This document shows positions 61,402-64,000 of a stretch of 64,000 nucleotides of DNA, piece by piece. Origin of the DNA: Lineus longissimus (taxonomy: Eukaryota); contig NC_088313.1 in NCBI RefSeq assembly GCF_910592395.1, positions 17,702,500 to 17,766,499 on the forward strand, in the 5' to 3' direction. The notes under the pieces were generated by a model. That model was not told where the DNA came from. It did no database searches and saw only the letters and a program-made list of their open reading frames with translations. Numbering within the stretch: position 1 is the first letter of the stretch; the number at the start of each line of letters is the position of its first letter. The position numbers and the translations under genes were made by a program.

Positions 61402-62603
61402 CATCAACTGCACAGTGACTGCTGGACCCACTCACTAGAAGAAAGTACCAACATAAAAGATTACTGAAGGGAGCTCCCATTTATTATAAATAACATCTCA
61501 ACTTACATCTGAATGTACAAAATTATGAAATTGTATTACAAATTATAGTTCATCTGGTACAACATGCTGCCTCAAAGACAATTTCTTATATCACATACAG
61601 TAAACTTTAGCAAAGAAGAATCCTATTGTTTTCACTGTTTTTAGTGATTGACAAATATCGTAAATGGAAATAGTAATCGTCTGGTGGCATAACTACCGCA
61701 AACCACTATTTGTTACAAAGCTAAAAGTTTGGTAAATTAGCTGATTTCCAATTGGCCATAGACTACATACAGTGTTGCAGTCAAAATGTAATGGCTATAA
61801 CACTTACAGAACTGAACATGTGCATGTCTATAATACTAATAATGATGCTTCTTAGCACTTTTCCTTGACAAGAGTCTGTATCAAACCACTTTACGAAGGA
61901 CACCATTAGAATCCATAGACCTCTGAAGTGAAATTCTAGGGTCTCAAGTACTGCCCTACATGTTTGTATACATTGCTAAACTTTTTATATTTTGCTAAAC
62001 ATGTTAATTACATAGCTAAACCAAGAAGGATAAAGCAGCCACTACAGGATAAAGCAGATATTTACAGTGGAAATGAGGATCATTTTGAGCAATAAAAATG
62101 CAGGGAAGATTTTTCCTTTTCATCAAACAACTTTGCTATGACACATTTTACTGCACATTTTTAAAGCTAAGACGGACCGGTTTAGGGTGAAATCATTGCT
62201 GTAAATCATGTCATAGAAGCCTTAAGTGGGCCCCATGATGCACTGGACACCAAAACCGATTAATCGTTGTGGCAATTACAATAGAGACATAACTGAGGTA
62301 GCACCATATTATGCACAATTATTCCCATAAGTGGAGCCAGAGTGGTTGGGGTGTAAACAACCCCCTTCAATTTCTATTCTGAATCATCTCAAACTTTCGG
62401 GCATAATTCGGCAAAGAAGCCTGACTTAGACACATTTTATACAAACCCAACATGTTAAGGTTGTCTCACCAAAACCTCGCTGGTCAAGCTGATACACAAT
62501 CCATTATAAACATGAAACATTGTAACCAAGGTGTTTTAGAACACCAATTATTGCTGTTGATAAAGTACACTACTGATCTTAGACCAGTCATAGATTACTT
62601 CTA

Positions 62604-62757
62604 CTATAACCCTGTGTAGATTGGTTCACCTCCTTTACTGATAAGTGACTGGCGTTCCGATCTCTGTGTTGACGTGGAAGATGTCTCTATAGGTACACCA
62701 AGTTGCTGTACCTGCAGTTGTTTCTTCACAAGACTTATCACGAGGAAGACAACAGCA
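62604..62757 (-). CDS. Terminal exon (transmembrane helix plus short cytoplasmic tail) of a Cys-rich type I membrane protein; the gene continues beyond the window end
   Basis: Acceptor tttctttccag. Minus-strand read VLGAVVFLVISLVKKQLQVQQLGVPIETSSTSTQRSERQSLISKGGEPIYTGL*, with stop at 62604-62606. The VLGAVVFLVISLV hydrophobic helix is followed by a basic stop-transfer KK. Confidence 0.55.
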
Positions 62758-63174
62758 CCAAGAACAACTGGAAAGAAATAAACAAAATATCAGAGAATGG
62801 TTGAAAACACTATATCATCACCAGTAGGATGTAGTCTGGGGAAGCCACAAATATAAAAAAGCATCAAAACATGCAAGGACACTGGAAGTGAGTACATGTA
62901 ACAGCAGAGTTCATTTCGGTGTGTGAAGAGTTTAAAAACTACCGAATGCATCGTAACCTCTTCTTTAAAGAATGAAACGGAATCATCTTGGCAATTAAGA
63001 TCCTTGTAACGTGCTAAATGTTTAAATGATTCCAGTGAAGAAGTCCACTCTAACCAATTATAATCATGGCAAAGGCTTTGGCTCTCGCGAAAACAAAAAA
63101 CGAATTTCTTGAGATTTTCAACAGTGTTCACTACTCAAGAAAATATCAGCAAATTGACCCCAATTTCGACTTAC

Positions 63175-63333
63175 TGACTCCGCAGCCAACGATCAGAGCT
63201 ATCAATTCTTCAGACGGCGTACACTTCTGGTCACTGCCGACAACATAAAACGGAGCTTCACAGGAGTAAGGCTCAAGGCTGCCACTTGGGCAGATGGAAG
63301 TTTTTGGACAGCGCTGTGGACCGCAGGTGGGAC
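63175..63333 (-). CDS. Cys-rich repeat exon (TNFR/ephrin-receptor-like, GCC2/GCC3 type)
   Basis: Acceptor ttttttcag. CPTCGPQRCPKTSICPSGSLEPYSCEAPFYVVGSDQKCTPSEELIALIVGCGV. Donor gtaagt. Motif C..C..G......C..CP.G....Y.C. Confidence 0.6.
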
Positions 63334-63607
63334 ACTGAAAAAATAGAGTGGAAGATCAGCATCTCAATTGCCATATTGCAAAACAATTGCTTTGAGTCCA
63401 ATCCAACAGACTTTCATATATGTGTTTTTCAGAGCCAGGATTTTTAGTTCCTCACGAATCAGGAGTCGATCCCTACTGCCAGTACACCCAAAGAAGTATA
63501 CTCCAGCCAGGTTCTCACCAGGGATTGAACTAGTCCATTGGCCGACAGCCAGCAGTGTAACCACTGGGCTGTGCAGCTCCTCTGCTCTTACTCTCCTAAA
63601 TACTTAC

Positions 63608-63724
63608 CGGACAAAAGTACCCTTCTGGACAAACTGTGCATGAAATGGACCCTGCAACCTGGTTATATGTGCCGGTTCGACACACCTCACATCTTGATTT
63701 ACCAAAGTCTGCCTTAAAATTACC
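63608..63724 (-). CDS. Cys-rich repeat exon (39 codons)
   Basis: Acceptor tatttatag. GNFKADFGKSRCEVCRTGTYNQVAGSISCTVCPEGYFCP. Donor gtaagt. The exon length is exactly 117 nt. Confidence 0.65.
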
Positions 63725-63904
63725 TATAAATAGATAAAAACACCAGTTAAAAAGCACTGTTGTGCATTTGACTTTTTGGTACATGTACATGTCAGTGAAA
63801 ACTAGAAAGGCGTTCTTCTACATTATGATGTCAGATTAGTCTTGATTTATGTGTCCAACATACATGTACATGTAACCAAGTGATTAAATTTACAAATGGC
63901 ATTT

Positions 63905-64000
63905 TCTTTCTTCTTCCTTCAATTATTGGGTTCTCTTTGTACTCACCAGGTAGACAGGCCGTACATTCCGTGCTGGCAGCCTTGGATGTGTCATGGCCAG
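63905..64000 (-). CDS. Partial further Cys-rich exon, truncated by the window end
   Basis: Minus-strand read ...GHDTSKAASTECTACLPG followed by a gtgag donor. Reading frame and extent are uncertain. Confidence 0.35.

Noticed and set aside
1-64000. Prokaryotic reading of the window (operons, defence system, CRISPR)
   Set aside because: The conserved proteins only assemble through GT-AG introns with consistent phases, and the genes are animal-type (MVP, CREBRF, GPCR). The tandem arrays have no uniform-length unique spacers, so they are satellites and not CRISPR arrays.

Overview
This is eukaryotic (animal) genomic DNA, not a prokaryotic locus. It has spliced genes with GT-AG introns, satellite arrays, MITEs, a LINE tail and a piggyBac transposon. 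I found no bacterial-style operon, CRISPR array or defence island.

Four multi-exon genes are recognisable by strong protein-level similarity to families I know from memory:
- A PUS1-like tRNA pseudouridine synthase on the minus strand at 23152-26950.
- Major vault protein (MVP) on the minus strand at 28698-36068, about 20 exons, directly upstream of PUS1 on the same strand.
- A DCLRE1A/SNM1A-like DNA cross-link repair nuclease on the plus strand at 36640-41995. I resolved all 9 coding exons with phase-consistent splice sites. It is transcribed divergently from MVP across a roughly 570 bp shared promoter.
- A CREBRF (CREB3 regulatory factor) orthologue on the plus strand, coding exons at 45125-53777, with a putative CRE-containing promoter and 5' UTR exon near 43080-43298.

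Other content:
- An intronless class-A peptide-type GPCR on the plus strand at 11085-12305.
- The C-terminal exons of a cysteine-rich (TNFR/ephrin-receptor-like repeat) single-pass membrane protein on the minus strand at 62604-64000. The gene continues beyond the window end.
- A structurally complete piggyBac element at 49432-52484. It has TTAA target-site duplications and CCCTTTCAGCTC terminal repeats, and sits in a CREBRF intron. Its transposase carries a 2-bp frameshift and an unusual RG/RGG-rich N-terminal region.
- A LINE 3' fragment antisense in an MVP intron, and several MITE/foldback elements, one of them Tc1-like.
- Four tandem-repeat arrays with about 200, 60, 57 and 180 bp units, a perfect 22-bp-arm palindrome, G/C homopolymer structures, and two tRNA-like SINE/pseudogene fragments.

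The source organism is unknown. Gene content (MVP present) and repeat texture suggest a non-insect, non-nematode animal, possibly a marine invertebrate. That is inference only. All homology statements come from reading the translated ORFs against remembered family sequences; no database search was run.
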